From positions 1 through 32,000 of the forward strand of contig CAKUIA010000014.1 in NCBI GenBank assembly GCA_934660865.1: a stretch of DNA of 32,000 nt, written 5' to 3'. Each line of letters begins with the position of its first letter. Position 1 is the stretch's first letter. Both the position numbers and the translations under genes were made by a program. The stretch comes from an uncultured Opitutales bacterium (lineage in GTDB: Bacteria; Verrucomicrobiota; Verrucomicrobiia; Opitutales; Intestinicryptomonadaceae). Positions 1 through 8,211 of the stretch are shown piece after piece. The notes under the pieces are model-generated. The model was not told where the DNA came from. It was given only the letters and a program-made list of their open reading frames with translations, and searched no databases.

Positions 1-890
1 ACCTTGTACAGCGCCGAAATGTATAGCGGAACTACGGGAATTGCCGAGCTTGCCTGCGTTACAATGGCCTTGTTTACCGAAACAAACGCCTTGCCCCTGT
101 GCAGTTTTAAAACGGCGTCGATTTGTTCGGCGGCTTTTTCCAGGTCTTTTTTTGCCTGGCCTATTGTGCCTTCCCTGTAAATGGGGTAGGTTAGTTTTGG
201 GCCTATGTACGAATACGCTACGCTTGTGCAGCCTTCGGCTATAACGCCCGCCTTGTCGAGGGCGTCTATCCAAAGCTTCCAGTCGTCGCCGCCCATAACT
301 TTTACAGTGTCGTGCACTTCCTTTTCGGTTGCCACGGCAACAACAACATCTTTAATGCAGTCTTTGTCGGTGTCTACGCTTTTGGCGTGGTATTCTTCGC
401 CGACTGTCTTTAGCACGCTTTTATACACTTCGCCCGTTTTGGGGTCTGTACGGCGGGGGGCCGCCAAAGAATATACAATTAAGTCTACCTTGCCGAAAGG
501 GCTTGCCTTGATAGCCTGTATGGTTTGGTTTTTAATGTCGTCGGTAAAGGCGTCGCCGTTGATGTTGGCGCAATACAAGCCGTCGGCTTTTGCCTGTTTG
601 GTAAATTCGGCGGTGTTATACCAGCCCGCAGAGGCGCAGCGGCCCTTTGCGTCGTCGCCGTTGCGCTCGAAAAACACGCCTACAGTTGCGCTTTTGCAGC
701 CAAAGGCGGCGTTTATTCGGCTAGCCAAGCCGTAGCCCGTCGAAGAACCTATTATAAGCGCGCATTTGCAGCCGTTTTTTATTTCGCCTTTCGATTTAAC
801 GTAGGCGATTTGGTTTTGAACGTTTTTAGCGCAGCCTTCGGGGTGCGCCGTTATGCACAAAAACGATTTTACTTTTGGTTCTACTATCAT
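1..890 (-). CDS. fabV: Enoyl-[ACP]/trans-2-enoyl-CoA reductase, FabV/TER family (3' end outside window)
   Basis: The gene is missing from the ORF track because it runs off the left edge. My manual reverse-strand translation from the ATG (complement of 888-890) reads MIVEPKVKSFLCITAHPEGCAKNVQNQIAYVKSKGEIKNGCKCALIIGSSTGYGLASRINAAFG...YSLAAPRRTDPKTGEVYKSVLK...SYIGPKLTYPIYREGTIGQAKKDLE, with no stop down to position 1. The N-terminus and the GSSTGYGLASRI nucleotide-binding motif are typical of FabV/TER. Confidence 0.85.
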   Translation of the reverse strand, partial: MIVEPKVKSFLCITAHPEGCAKNVQNQIAYVKSKGEIKNGCKCALIIGSSTGYGLASRINAAFGCKSATVGVFFERNGDDAKGRCASAGWYNTAEFTKQAKADGLYCANINGDAFTDDIKNQTIQAIKASPFGKVDLIVYSLAAPRRTDPKTGEVYKSVLKTVGEEYHAKSVDTDKDCIKDVVVAVATEKEVHDTVKVMGGDDWKLWIDALDKAGVIAEGCTSVAYSYIGPKLTYPIYREGTIGQAKKDLEKAAEQIDAVLKLHRGKAFVSVNKAIVTQASSAIPVVPLYISALYK

Positions 891-920
891 TTTAGCGACT
901 GTCCTTTAAGATTTTTTGTT

Positions 921-1817
921 TTAGCGTATTCTGTTTTGCATGTGCTCGATAAGGGCTTTCATAAACTGGTTGTTTTTGCCCATTTTGTCGCACAAGGCAA
1001 CGGCTTTGTTTGTAAGGTCGGCGGCAATTTCGCGCGCCTTTTCAATTCCGTAAAGGGTGGCATAGGTCATCTTGTTGTTTTGTGCGTCCAGCCTTACGGT
1101 TTTGCCCATAGTTTCGGTGTCGGAGGTTGCGTCTAAAATGTCGTCTATAACCTGAAACGCCAAACCTATGTTGTATCCTATTTGCCTTGCAGTTTCCAAA
1201 TGCTCTTTTGTGCACGATTTCGACAGCCTTACTCCCATTGTTACCGCGCTTGTAATCAAGGCCGCGGTTTTGTTGTCGTGAATGTAAACGAGCTTTTCGG
1301 GAGTCATATTCTCGCCGTTTTTCTCGTTCATTACGTCTTCTACCTGGCCGCCTATAAGCTTTTCGCTGCCTGCGGCGCGGCCTAGGTCGCGCACAAGGTC
1401 GGTTGCAATTTCGGGGTGGTCTTTATAGCTTTCGGCCAAAAGCCAAAGCGAGTATGTTAAAAGAGCGTCTCCCGCCAAAAGGGCAAGGGGTTCGCCGAAC
1501 ACTTTGTGGCAGGTTGGCATCCCGCGCCTTAGGTCGGAATTGTCTATTGCGGGAAGGTCGTCGTGAATCAAAGTGTAGGTGTGCAACGACTCTATTGCAA
1601 CGCACGCGGGAACGGGGTCTATGTCGCCGTCGAGCATTTCCTGGGCGGCCATAAGCAGAATGGGGCGTATCCTTTTGCCGCCTGCCTTAAGGCTGTAGCG
1701 CATTGCCTTGTGCAAGTCAGCGGGCCTTGTGTCTTCCGGGGGAAGATATTTGTCTATGCCGTTTTCTACCGCCTTGCGGAGCGATTCGTATTTTTCTTTG
1801 AATTGGGTGTCGTTCAT
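921..1817 (-). CDS. ispA: Short-chain (E)-polyprenyl diphosphate synthase, FPP/GGPP synthase family
   Basis: 298-aa ORF with both aspartate-rich motifs: HTYTLIHDDLPAIDNSDLRRG (first motif, with the two-residue insertion) and FQVIDDILD (second). The Tyr five residues before the first DD matches characterised FPP synthases. Product chain length cannot be proven from sequence alone. Confidence 0.88.
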   Translation of the reverse strand: MNDTQFKEKYESLRKAVENGIDKYLPPEDTRPADLHKAMRYSLKAGGKRIRPILLMAAQEMLDGDIDPVPACVAIESLHTYTLIHDDLPAIDNSDLRRGMPTCHKVFGEPLALLAGDALLTYSLWLLAESYKDHPEIATDLVRDLGRAAGSEKLIGGQVEDVMNEKNGENMTPEKLVYIHDNKTAALITSAVTMGVRLSKSCTKEHLETARQIGYNIGLAFQVIDDILDATSDTETMGKTVRLDAQNNKMTYATLYGIEKAREIAADLTNKAVALCDKMGKNNQFMKALIEHMQNRIR

Positions 1818-1833
1818 ATTTTTCCTTTTTGTA

Positions 1834-2679
1834 TTATAAATTTTTTAGCGAGTTTAAAATGCTTACGGCCGAGTCGGACCTGTTTACTATGTATAGGTGG
1901 AAGCGGTTTACACCGTGCGCCAACAGGTCTTTAATTTGCATTAAAGTCCATTCGGTGCCAACTTTGCGAGCGCTTTCGGCGTCGGGCGCGTTTTTAAGTT
2001 TTTCGGCCAATTCTTCGGGCAAATAGGCGTTCGACATTGTGCAGAATTTTTGCACCTGCTCGAACGACAATGCCGGAAGCAGCCCCGGGATTATCGGCTG
2101 GGTAATGCCGGCTGCCTTGCACATGTCTATAAACTTGTAGAAATGCGCGTTTTTAAAAAACAGCTGCGAAATAAAGTAGTCTGCGCCGCAGTCGGCCTTG
2201 ATTTTTAAATGGGCAATGTCTTCCTGAAGTGTTTTTGCCTCGAAATGCTTTTCGGGGTAGCAGGCGGCATACACCTTAAACGAGGGAAATTCGCTTTTTA
2301 TAAGCGAAACAAGCTCGCTTGCGTGCTTTAGGCCGTTGGGGTGCTGCTTAAATTCCGACGAGTTTTTGGGAGGGTCGCCCCTTAATGCCATAACGCGGGT
2401 TAGCCCCGATTTTTGATAAAGGGCAAGCATTTGCCTTAGGTCGTCTACCGAGTGCTCTACGCATGTCAGGTGGGGCATCATATTAAAGTTGAAAATTTCG
2501 CCCAAAAGCGACGCGTATTCTACCGTGCGTTCGCGCGTAGTGCCGCCCGCCCCGTAGGTTATGGACGCATATTTTACATTGCAGTTTTTTATCCTGTTTG
2601 CGGTTCGCAGAATCTGTCGCGCGCCTTCCTCCGTTTTTGGAGGGAAAAATTCGACGGAAATTTCCGGTTTTATATCCAT
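1834..2679 (-). CDS. metF: 5,10-methylenetetrahydrofolate reductase
   Basis: The ORF track starts this gene at 2841, but its first 54 aa are low-complexity. The conserved MTHFR N-terminus MDIKPEISVEFFPPKTEEG begins at the ATG that is the complement of 2677-2679. Downstream motifs include ITYGAGG, PHLTC and ALRGDPP. The start of ispA lies 16 bp downstream of the metF stop on the same strand. Confidence 0.9.
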   Translation of the reverse strand: MDIKPEISVEFFPPKTEEGARQILRTANRIKNCNVKYASITYGAGGTTRERTVEYASLLGEIFNFNMMPHLTCVEHSVDDLRQMLALYQKSGLTRVMALRGDPPKNSSEFKQHPNGLKHASELVSLIKSEFPSFKVYAACYPEKHFEAKTLQEDIAHLKIKADCGADYFISQLFFKNAHFYKFIDMCKAAGITQPIIPGLLPALSFEQVQKFCTMSNAYLPEELAEKLKNAPDAESARKVGTEWTLMQIKDLLAHGVNRFHLYIVNRSDSAVSILNSLKNL

Positions 2680-2856
2680 AGTGTATGAATGTTGTATAAA
2701 AGTCTCTCGGCTTTTGTGTTTTTGTAAATGTAGATAATGGTAGGGCAAAAAAACAATTTTTAAAGAATAAAATGCTTGCCCGAAAAAAATAAAAATGCAA
2801 GAGTGTTTGCGGTGAAGGTTTTTTCGCCGAACATAAAACAAAAAAATAACAAGACG

Positions 2857-3633
2857 ATGAATCAGTACATATACTTATCCCTAATTCCCGAAGCGTTAAT
2901 AGCGTCTAATTTGGCGCCCGAAGAATTCGGTTCGTACTATGCAACGGGCACTTCGCACCACAACAACGCGCAGGCGATATTTTTCGAAGTGGAAAAGAAT
3001 TTTGAAAGCGACTATTTCCCCCTATCAAAAATAGAGGAGCTTTGCCAACCCCACAAAGACGGTTCGCCGCACAAGTCGGTTTACCTTTCGGTTTACAGGG
3101 TGCTAGAGCACATTCCCCTAAGCGCGCTTAAAAGCCTTTATTTGACTACAAGCGACGGCAAAACCCTTAAGCTGGACAAGGGCGAATTTGTACCCGAAGA
3201 CAACGTTCACCTTTACTTGTATCAGGATTTGGGCCCGGTAAAACCCCGTGTTGCAAGCGCGCTTAACCCCGCGGAATATGTAAAAAGGCTGACAAGCCCC
3301 GACAGGCTTATAAACACTCCAAAAATTGCCTTTTGCGATTTAAGGCTCGGCAACTTCGAAAAACACCCCGACATTGCCATAGAAGAAGACCTGCCGTACG
3401 CAAACATGGAGCACTTAAGGGATTGTTTGTCGCAGGTAAATTCGAAGTCGGGCAAAAACAACAAGGTTGTTGTGCGCAGAATGAACGGCGAAATTTTGTA
3501 TAGAACCGTAAAGAACGGCTTTTATGTGGGCGACAACAACGAAATGCTGTTCTACCCGATGCCCTCGCGCGAAGATTTGGAAAACAAACACTTTAACTGG
3601 TGGAGAAGCGCGCTTACAGCCTTCGGCGAATAA
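2857..3633 (+). CDS. Conserved hypothetical protein (258 aa), function unknown
   Basis: The ORF is long with coding-like composition, and it has no TM segment or signal peptide. I chose the ATG at 2857 (MNQYIYLSLIPEALIASNLAPEEFGSYYATG...) over the track start at 2776, whose extra 27 aa are Lys/Asn-rich. A hairpin with a T-tract follows the gene. I recognise no catalytic motif. Confidence 0.7.
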   Translation: MNQYIYLSLIPEALIASNLAPEEFGSYYATGTSHHNNAQAIFFEVEKNFESDYFPLSKIEELCQPHKDGSPHKSVYLSVYRVLEHIPLSALKSLYLTTSDGKTLKLDKGEFVPEDNVHLYLYQDLGPVKPRVASALNPAEYVKRLTSPDRLINTPKIAFCDLRLGNFEKHPDIAIEEDLPYANMEHLRDCLSQVNSKSGKNNKVVVRRMNGEILYRTVKNGFYVGDNNEMLFYPMPSREDLENKHFNWWRSALTAFGE

Positions 3634-3644
3634 ACAATTTAAAT

Positions 3645-3685
3645 GCCCCCTTGCACGCCCGATTTTTGTGCGGGGGGCTTTCTTG
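3645..3685 (+). terminator. Putative intrinsic terminator after the hypothetical gene
   Basis: GC-rich stem gcccccttgcac / gtgcggggggc, with one bulge and one G-U pair, followed by tttcttg. Confidence 0.5.
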
Positions 3686-3716
3686 TAGATTTTTTTAACA
3701 TTATTACAAAACTATT

Positions 3717-5936
3717 ATGAAAGATATTAACGTATTGTTCTGGCTTGTGCCTTTGGCCTCGCTGATAGCGTTGTTCTTCGCGGGAATGTTCTATTCCAAG
3801 ATGAAGGGCGAAAACGCGGGAACCGAACTTATGCAAAAGATTGCCTCGCACGTTCGCGCGGGGGCTTTGGCATACTTAAAACAGCAGTATAAGATTGTGG
3901 GCATAGTGTTTGTTCTTCTTACTATGTTCTTTTCTTATTTGGCCTACGGAATTGGCGTGCAAAACGGCTGGGTTCCGTTTGCGTTCTTAACGGGCGGCTT
4001 TTTCTCGGGCTTGGCGGGCTTTTTCGGTATGAAAACCGCAACGTATGCTTCGAGCAGGGCGGCTTGGGCCGCCAACAATTCGCTAGACCACGGCCTTAGG
4101 GTTGCGTTCCGCTCGGGCGCGGTTATGGGGCTGGTTGTTGTAGGCTTGGCTTTGTTCGATATTTCTATGTGGTTTATAATTTTAAACTACTTTGTAGACG
4201 GTGTTTCCCCACAGCATAAGATGGTTGTCATTACAACAACAATGCTTACGTTCGGCATGGGCGCTTCGTTGCAGGCTTTGTTTGCGCGCGTAGGCGGCGG
4301 AATATTCACAAAGGCCGCCGACGTTGGCGCCGACTTAGTCGGCAAGGTGGAAGCGGGCATTCCCGAAGACGACCCGCGCAACCCCGCCACAATAGCCGAC
4401 AACGTAGGCGACAATGTAGGCGACGTTGCTGGTATGGGCGCCGACCTTTACGAATCTTATTGCGGCTCGATTTTGGCGACAGCCGCTTTGGGCGCAGCCT
4501 CCTATATGGGTTCTAGTGCCGATGTTCAAATCAAGGCGGTTTTAGCCCCAATGATTATCGCCGCCGTAGGCACAATTCTTTCCATTATCGGTATCTATTG
4601 TGTAAGGGTAAAGCCGGGGGCCTCCAGCAAGCAGTTGCTAGGCGCGCTAGGCAAGGGCGTAAATGTAAGCTCGGTTTGCATTTTAATTGCGTCTTTCTTG
4701 GTATTGCATTTCCTGGATTTGCCCAACTACATAGGCAAATGGGCTGCAATTATAGTTGGCTTGATAACCGGTATATTGATTGGCAAGGTTACAGAATACT
4801 ACACTTCCGAAGCCTATAACCCCACCAAAAAGATTGCGGAACAGGCGCAAACAGGGCCGGCTACCGTAATTATTGCGGGTATGGGCACGGGCATGCTTTC
4901 TACATGCTGGCCGGTGCTTTTGATTGTTGTAGGCACGGTTATGGCGTTCCTATTTTCCGCCGGCGGCGACTTTTCGAATATGGCCGACGGCCTTTACGGC
5001 ATTGGTATTGCGGCAGTTGGCATGCTTTCTACTTTGGGCATTACTTTGGCGACCGACGCCTACGGCCCCATTGCCGACAACGCGGGCGGCAACGCCGAAA
5101 TGTCGGGCTTGGGCATAGAAGTTCGCCGCAGAACCGATATGTTGGACTCTCTCGGCAACACAACGGCGGCCACGGGCAAGGGCTTTGCAATAGGCTCGGC
5201 GGCTCTCACTGCTTTGGCTTTGCTGGCTTCGTATGTAGAAGAATTGCGCATAGGCCTTATGCACTCGGCCGGCAAAAACGAAACTGTAGACCAAATTATT
5301 GCGGCCTTTACCGCTCTCGGCAAGAAGGTAGACACGGCCTCGTTGGTAGACTTTATGAACGCCTACGAAGTTAATTTGATGAACCCAAGAGTTCTTATGG
5401 GCTTGTTCCTGGGTTCTATGATGTCGTTCTTGTTCTGCGGGCTTACAATGAACGCAGTGGGCAGGGCGGCAAACCAAATGGTAAACGAAGTTCGCCGCCA
5501 ATTTAGGGAAATCCCCGGCATTATGGAAGGCAAGGCGGAACCGAACTACGCAAGCTGCGTTGCAATTTCTACAAAAGCGGCGCAAAAGGAAATGATATTC
5601 CCCGCAATGTTGGCCGTTTTAGCCCCCGTATTGATGGGTATAATATTCGGCGTTGCGGGCGTTTTGGGCCTGTTGGCCGGCGCATTGGCGTCGGGCTTTG
5701 TTTTGGCCGTGTTTATGGCAAACAGCGGCGGCGCATGGGACAACGCAAAGAAGTTTATCGAGCAGGGCAACTACGGCGGCAAGGGCTCTTCGGCACACAA
5801 AGCTGCGGTTATTGGCGACACTGTTGGCGACCCGTTCAAAGACACTTCCGGGCCTTCGCTTAACATTCTTATCAAGCTTATGAGTATGGTTGCCATTGTT
5901 ATGGCGGGCTTTACCGTAACATTTTCGATATTCTAG
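3717..5936 (+). CDS. hppA: K+-dependent membrane-bound pyrophosphatase (ion-translocating M-PPase), Na+-type gate signature
   Basis: 739-aa polytopic protein with the M-PPase motifs [43 protein letters not shown] and [39 protein letters not shown] has Ala rather than Lys at the K+-dependence position. The gate Glu sits in the DLYES position. Confidence 0.95.
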   Translation: MKDINVLFWLVPLASLIALFFAGMFYSKMKGENAGTELMQKIASHVRAGALAYLKQQYKIVGIVFVLLTMFFSYLAYGIGVQNGWVPFAFLTGGFFSGLAGFFGMKTATYASSRAAWAANNSLDHGLRVAFRSGAVMGLVVVGLALFDISMWFIILNYFVDGVSPQHKMVVITTTMLTFGMGASLQALFARVGGGIFTKAADVGADLVGKVEAGIPEDDPRNPATIADNVGDNVGDVAGMGADLYESYCGSILATAALGAASYMGSSADVQIKAVLAPMIIAAVGTILSIIGIYCVRVKPGASSKQLLGALGKGVNVSSVCILIASFLVLHFLDLPNYIGKWAAIIVGLITGILIGKVTEYYTSEAYNPTKKIAEQAQTGPATVIIAGMGTGMLSTCWPVLLIVVGTVMAFLFSAGGDFSNMADGLYGIGIAAVGMLSTLGITLATDAYGPIADNAGGNAEMSGLGIEVRRRTDMLDSLGNTTAATGKGFAIGSAALTALALLASYVEELRIGLMHSAGKNETVDQIIAAFTALGKKVDTASLVDFMNAYEVNLMNPRVLMGLFLGSMMSFLFCGLTMNAVGRAANQMVNEVRRQFREIPGIMEGKAEPNYASCVAISTKAAQKEMIFPAMLAVLAPVLMGIIFGVAGVLGLLAGALASGFVLAVFMANSGGAWDNAKKFIEQGNYGGKGSSAHKAAVIGDTVGDPFKDTSGPSLNILIKLMSMVAIVMAGFTVTFSIF

Positions 5937-5956
5937 TTTTTAGGATATTTTAACGC

Positions 5957-5991
5957 AAAAAAATGCCGCCTGTTTTTGGCGGCATTTTTTG
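5957..5991. terminator. Bidirectional intrinsic terminator downstream of hppA
   Basis: aaaaaatgccgcc-tgttttt-ggcggcatttttt: a perfect stem flanked by an A-tract and a T-tract. Confidence 0.75.
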
Positions 5992-6112
5992 TGTGCGCAT
6001 TGCGCGCTATATATGCACTATGTTGAGTGTTTTGTATGCGCCCGGCGCCGTTTTGGTGCGGCAAAAAACAAAAGAATTGCAAACAAAACAATATATTTTC
6101 AGTGCAAACCGC

Positions 6113-6146
6113 GCAAAAAAAGCGCTTAAGAAAAAAACTTAAGCGC
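6113..6146 (-). terminator. Intrinsic terminator downstream of the LOG-family gene
   Basis: Stem gcgcttaag / cttaagcgc with a 7-nt loop. On the minus strand it is followed by a T-run (complement of aaaaaa at 6115-6120). Confidence 0.7.
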
Positions 6147-6169
6147 CTTTAAATTTTTGAAGTTGCAAG

Positions 6170-7075
6170 CTATTCTATTTCCTTGCCGAGCTTTGTGGAA
6201 ATGTATTTGGAAATGCCTTCCTTTACGTATTCAAAAGCTTCGTCTACGGTGTCGACCAATTTGAAAAGCTGCAGGTCGTTTTCGCCCACAACATCGGTTT
6301 GCACAAGGTAGTTAAAGTCTATAAGCTTGTTCCAAAACTTTTTGCCGAACAAAATTATGGGCATATAAAAGGGCGTTTTTTGAGTTTTAATAAGTGTGTA
6401 AACTTCAAAAAACTCGTCTAGCGTGCCTGTTCCGCCGGGGAACACGATTATGGCTTTCGAGAAAAACAGCAGCCAGAATTTGCGGGTTAAAAAGTAGTTA
6501 AAGTTAATCCACAAATCGTCGGAAATATAGTCGTTTCGGCGCTGCTCGTCGGGTATCGAGATTGTAAGCCCCGCGGTTTTGCCGCCCGACTTGCAAGCCC
6601 CCTTGTTTGCCGCCTCCATAATGCCCGGGCCGCCGCCCGATATTATGTGGAATTTTTCGCTTTCGGGCAGCTTTAGGCAGTTTACCCATTGCTGTATTTT
6701 CGAGCAAAGCTCTTCGGCGCAGGTGTAGTAGTGCGACATTTCCACCGCGTTTTTGGCGGCCTGCAGCGCCTTTTTGTTTTTCGCCGAAGCCGATTTTGCG
6801 TAGGCTGCCTTTGCCGCCTTTAAAAGGGCGTTTGCGTTTTTTTCGGGTTTAATTCTTGCCGAGCCGAAAACCGTAATGGTGTTTTGTATGTTTTGTTCTT
6901 CGAAGATTATTGCGGGCAAAAGCAGGTCGCGCTGAATGCGCATAATCCTTTCCGACATATTCGAAAACGCGCCGTCTATGGGCTGTTGCTGGGGTATATT
7001 GTCGGTATTGGGACTAAGGCGGTTGCTTGTAATGTTTGCCGTCTGTGCCGTTTGCCTAACCTGCTTTTTTTTCAT
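6170..7075 (-). CDS. LOG family (TIGR00730-type) nucleotide 5'-monophosphate nucleosidase / 'lysine decarboxylase-like' protein
   Basis: Motifs VFGSAR, GGGPGIMEAANKGA and VFPGGTGTLDEFFE (PGGxGTxxE). An AGGAG Shine-Dalgarno lies 11 nt upstream of the ATG at 7075. The protein has a Gln-rich N-terminal extension and a Lys/Ala-rich segment between the first two motifs. Confidence 0.85.
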   Translation of the reverse strand: MKKKQVRQTAQTANITSNRLSPNTDNIPQQQPIDGAFSNMSERIMRIQRDLLLPAIIFEEQNIQNTITVFGSARIKPEKNANALLKAAKAAYAKSASAKNKKALQAAKNAVEMSHYYTCAEELCSKIQQWVNCLKLPESEKFHIISGGGPGIMEAANKGACKSGGKTAGLTISIPDEQRRNDYISDDLWINFNYFLTRKFWLLFFSKAIIVFPGGTGTLDEFFEVYTLIKTQKTPFYMPIILFGKKFWNKLIDFNYLVQTDVVGENDLQLFKLVDTVDEAFEYVKEGISKYISTKLGKEIE

Positions 7076-7105
7076 TTTGCAATAATCTCCTTTTTGTTTT
7101 TTAAA

Positions 7106-8167
7106 CTACTTTTCGGGGGCGGTCATTTCTTCGGCTTTCGCCTCTTTTGCCTGCGTTTTGGTTTGCGCGGCGTTTTCGGGCTTTGCGTTTATCGAAGTTT
7201 GCAGGGCCTCGTTTGTTTCTTTCTTAACTTTTATCGAAATTTCGCTTATGCCGCTTTCGTTTACGCTAACGGGTACAACCTTTTCGTTAAAGCCCTTTGC
7301 GTTTATGTAAAGCGCGCCTTTGGCGGGAACCGTGAATTTAACTGGAACAACCGCGCTGCTTTTGCCTGCGGGTACAACAACTTCGGGCATAACAACCGAG
7401 CTTGGTATGTTTGTTTTTACGTCTATTTCGAAACCGCCTTCGGGGGCTTTAAAGCCCAAGTCGAATACCATATTAAGGCTTTCGCCGCTTTCTATGTTTA
7501 TCTGCGCGGGCGAAACTAAAAGATTGCCCGAATCTATGCGGAATTGCCCAACCCAAATGGAGGTTACGTTGTTGCGCACTTCAACGTCGTAGCTTTGCCC
7601 GGCCTGCAAAGAGGGAACCGTAAAGTTAAGCGTTGTGCGCGAAATGCACTTTGTGTCGGCCAAAACGCCGCCGATATACACTTTGTCGAGCTTGTCGAAG
7701 CCCCTGCCCAAAACGGGAATAACGGCGCCTACGGGGCCTCTGTCGTATTGAAGCGACATTACGTAGCGCGTTGCGGGCTGCAGTTTGTAGACATCGCGGC
7801 TGAAAATCTGCTTTTCGACAATGCCGTTGCTGCCCATGTCGGACTTGTATTTCAACGTAAAGTAGTATTTTGCCTCCTGCCTGTCGGTGGGCATTAAATA
7901 TTCGTACTCGTAAAAGCGCTTGCCCTCAAGCTCAGAAACGGGCTTCATTTTGCGGGGCGTGCCGTCTACTACAACAATGGGGTCTATAGACTTTTGTATT
8001 ATGGAGCCGTCGTTGATATATGCGCTCATCGAAAGGGTGTAGGTTCTCGACGGGTTTTCGGGAACGGTGTCGGGGGTAAGGTTTGTTATAGACGAGCATG
8101 CCGCAAAAAGGAGCGATGCAAGTGCTATTGCCGTTGGTGCGAATTTTTTTGCAATATTTGTAAACAT
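7106..8167 (-). CDS. Putative lipoprotein with IPT/TIG-like beta-sandwich region and charged C-terminal tail
   Basis: MFTNIAKKFAPTAIALASLLFAAC is a signal peptide with a lipobox Cys. The track start at 8194 is a TTG, so I prefer the ATG at 8167. VYIGGVLADTKCISRTTLNFTVPSLQAGQSYDVEVRN resembles an IPT/TIG strand pattern. The C-terminus KPENAAQTKTQAKEAKAEEMTAPEK is low-complexity. Confidence 0.65.
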   Translation of the reverse strand: MFTNIAKKFAPTAIALASLLFAACSSITNLTPDTVPENPSRTYTLSMSAYINDGSIIQKSIDPIVVVDGTPRKMKPVSELEGKRFYEYEYLMPTDRQEAKYYFTLKYKSDMGSNGIVEKQIFSRDVYKLQPATRYVMSLQYDRGPVGAVIPVLGRGFDKLDKVYIGGVLADTKCISRTTLNFTVPSLQAGQSYDVEVRNNVTSIWVGQFRIDSGNLLVSPAQINIESGESLNMVFDLGFKAPEGGFEIDVKTNIPSSVVMPEVVVPAGKSSAVVPVKFTVPAKGALYINAKGFNEKVVPVSVNESGISEISIKVKKETNEALQTSINAKPENAAQTKTQAKEAKAEEMTAPEK

Positions 8168-8211
8168 AGTCTTTATATTTTCTTGTATAGCCAATATAGT
8201 ATTTATTTAAA

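Noticed and set aside
205-1136. Two overlapping plus-strand ORFs (205-735 and 525-1136)
   Set aside because: They are antisense to the fabV and ispA coding sequences, which have clear family motifs. Their translations are low-complexity, and one spans the fabV/ispA intergenic gap.
2680-2856. N-terminal extensions in the ORF track for metF (to 2841) and for the hypothetical gene (from 2776); possible SAM riboswitch upstream of metF
   Set aside because: The extensions are low-complexity, overlap each other in the divergent promoter region and precede conserved N-termini that begin at internal ATGs. I found no S-box/SAM-riboswitch-like conserved helices in the metF leader.
4950-5585. 211-aa minus-strand ORF inside hppA, plus several 60-90-aa ORFs in 4187-5883
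   Set aside because: They are antisense or out-of-frame relative to an unbroken 739-aa M-PPase gene. Their composition is Arg/His/Cys-rich, as is typical of shadow frames.
5992-6112. Possible small RNA or tRNA between the convergent hppA and LOG terminators
   Set aside because: I could find no tRNA-like cloverleaf elements (no T-loop GTTCRA motif), no promoter and no strong structure. It is most simply spacer between two terminators.
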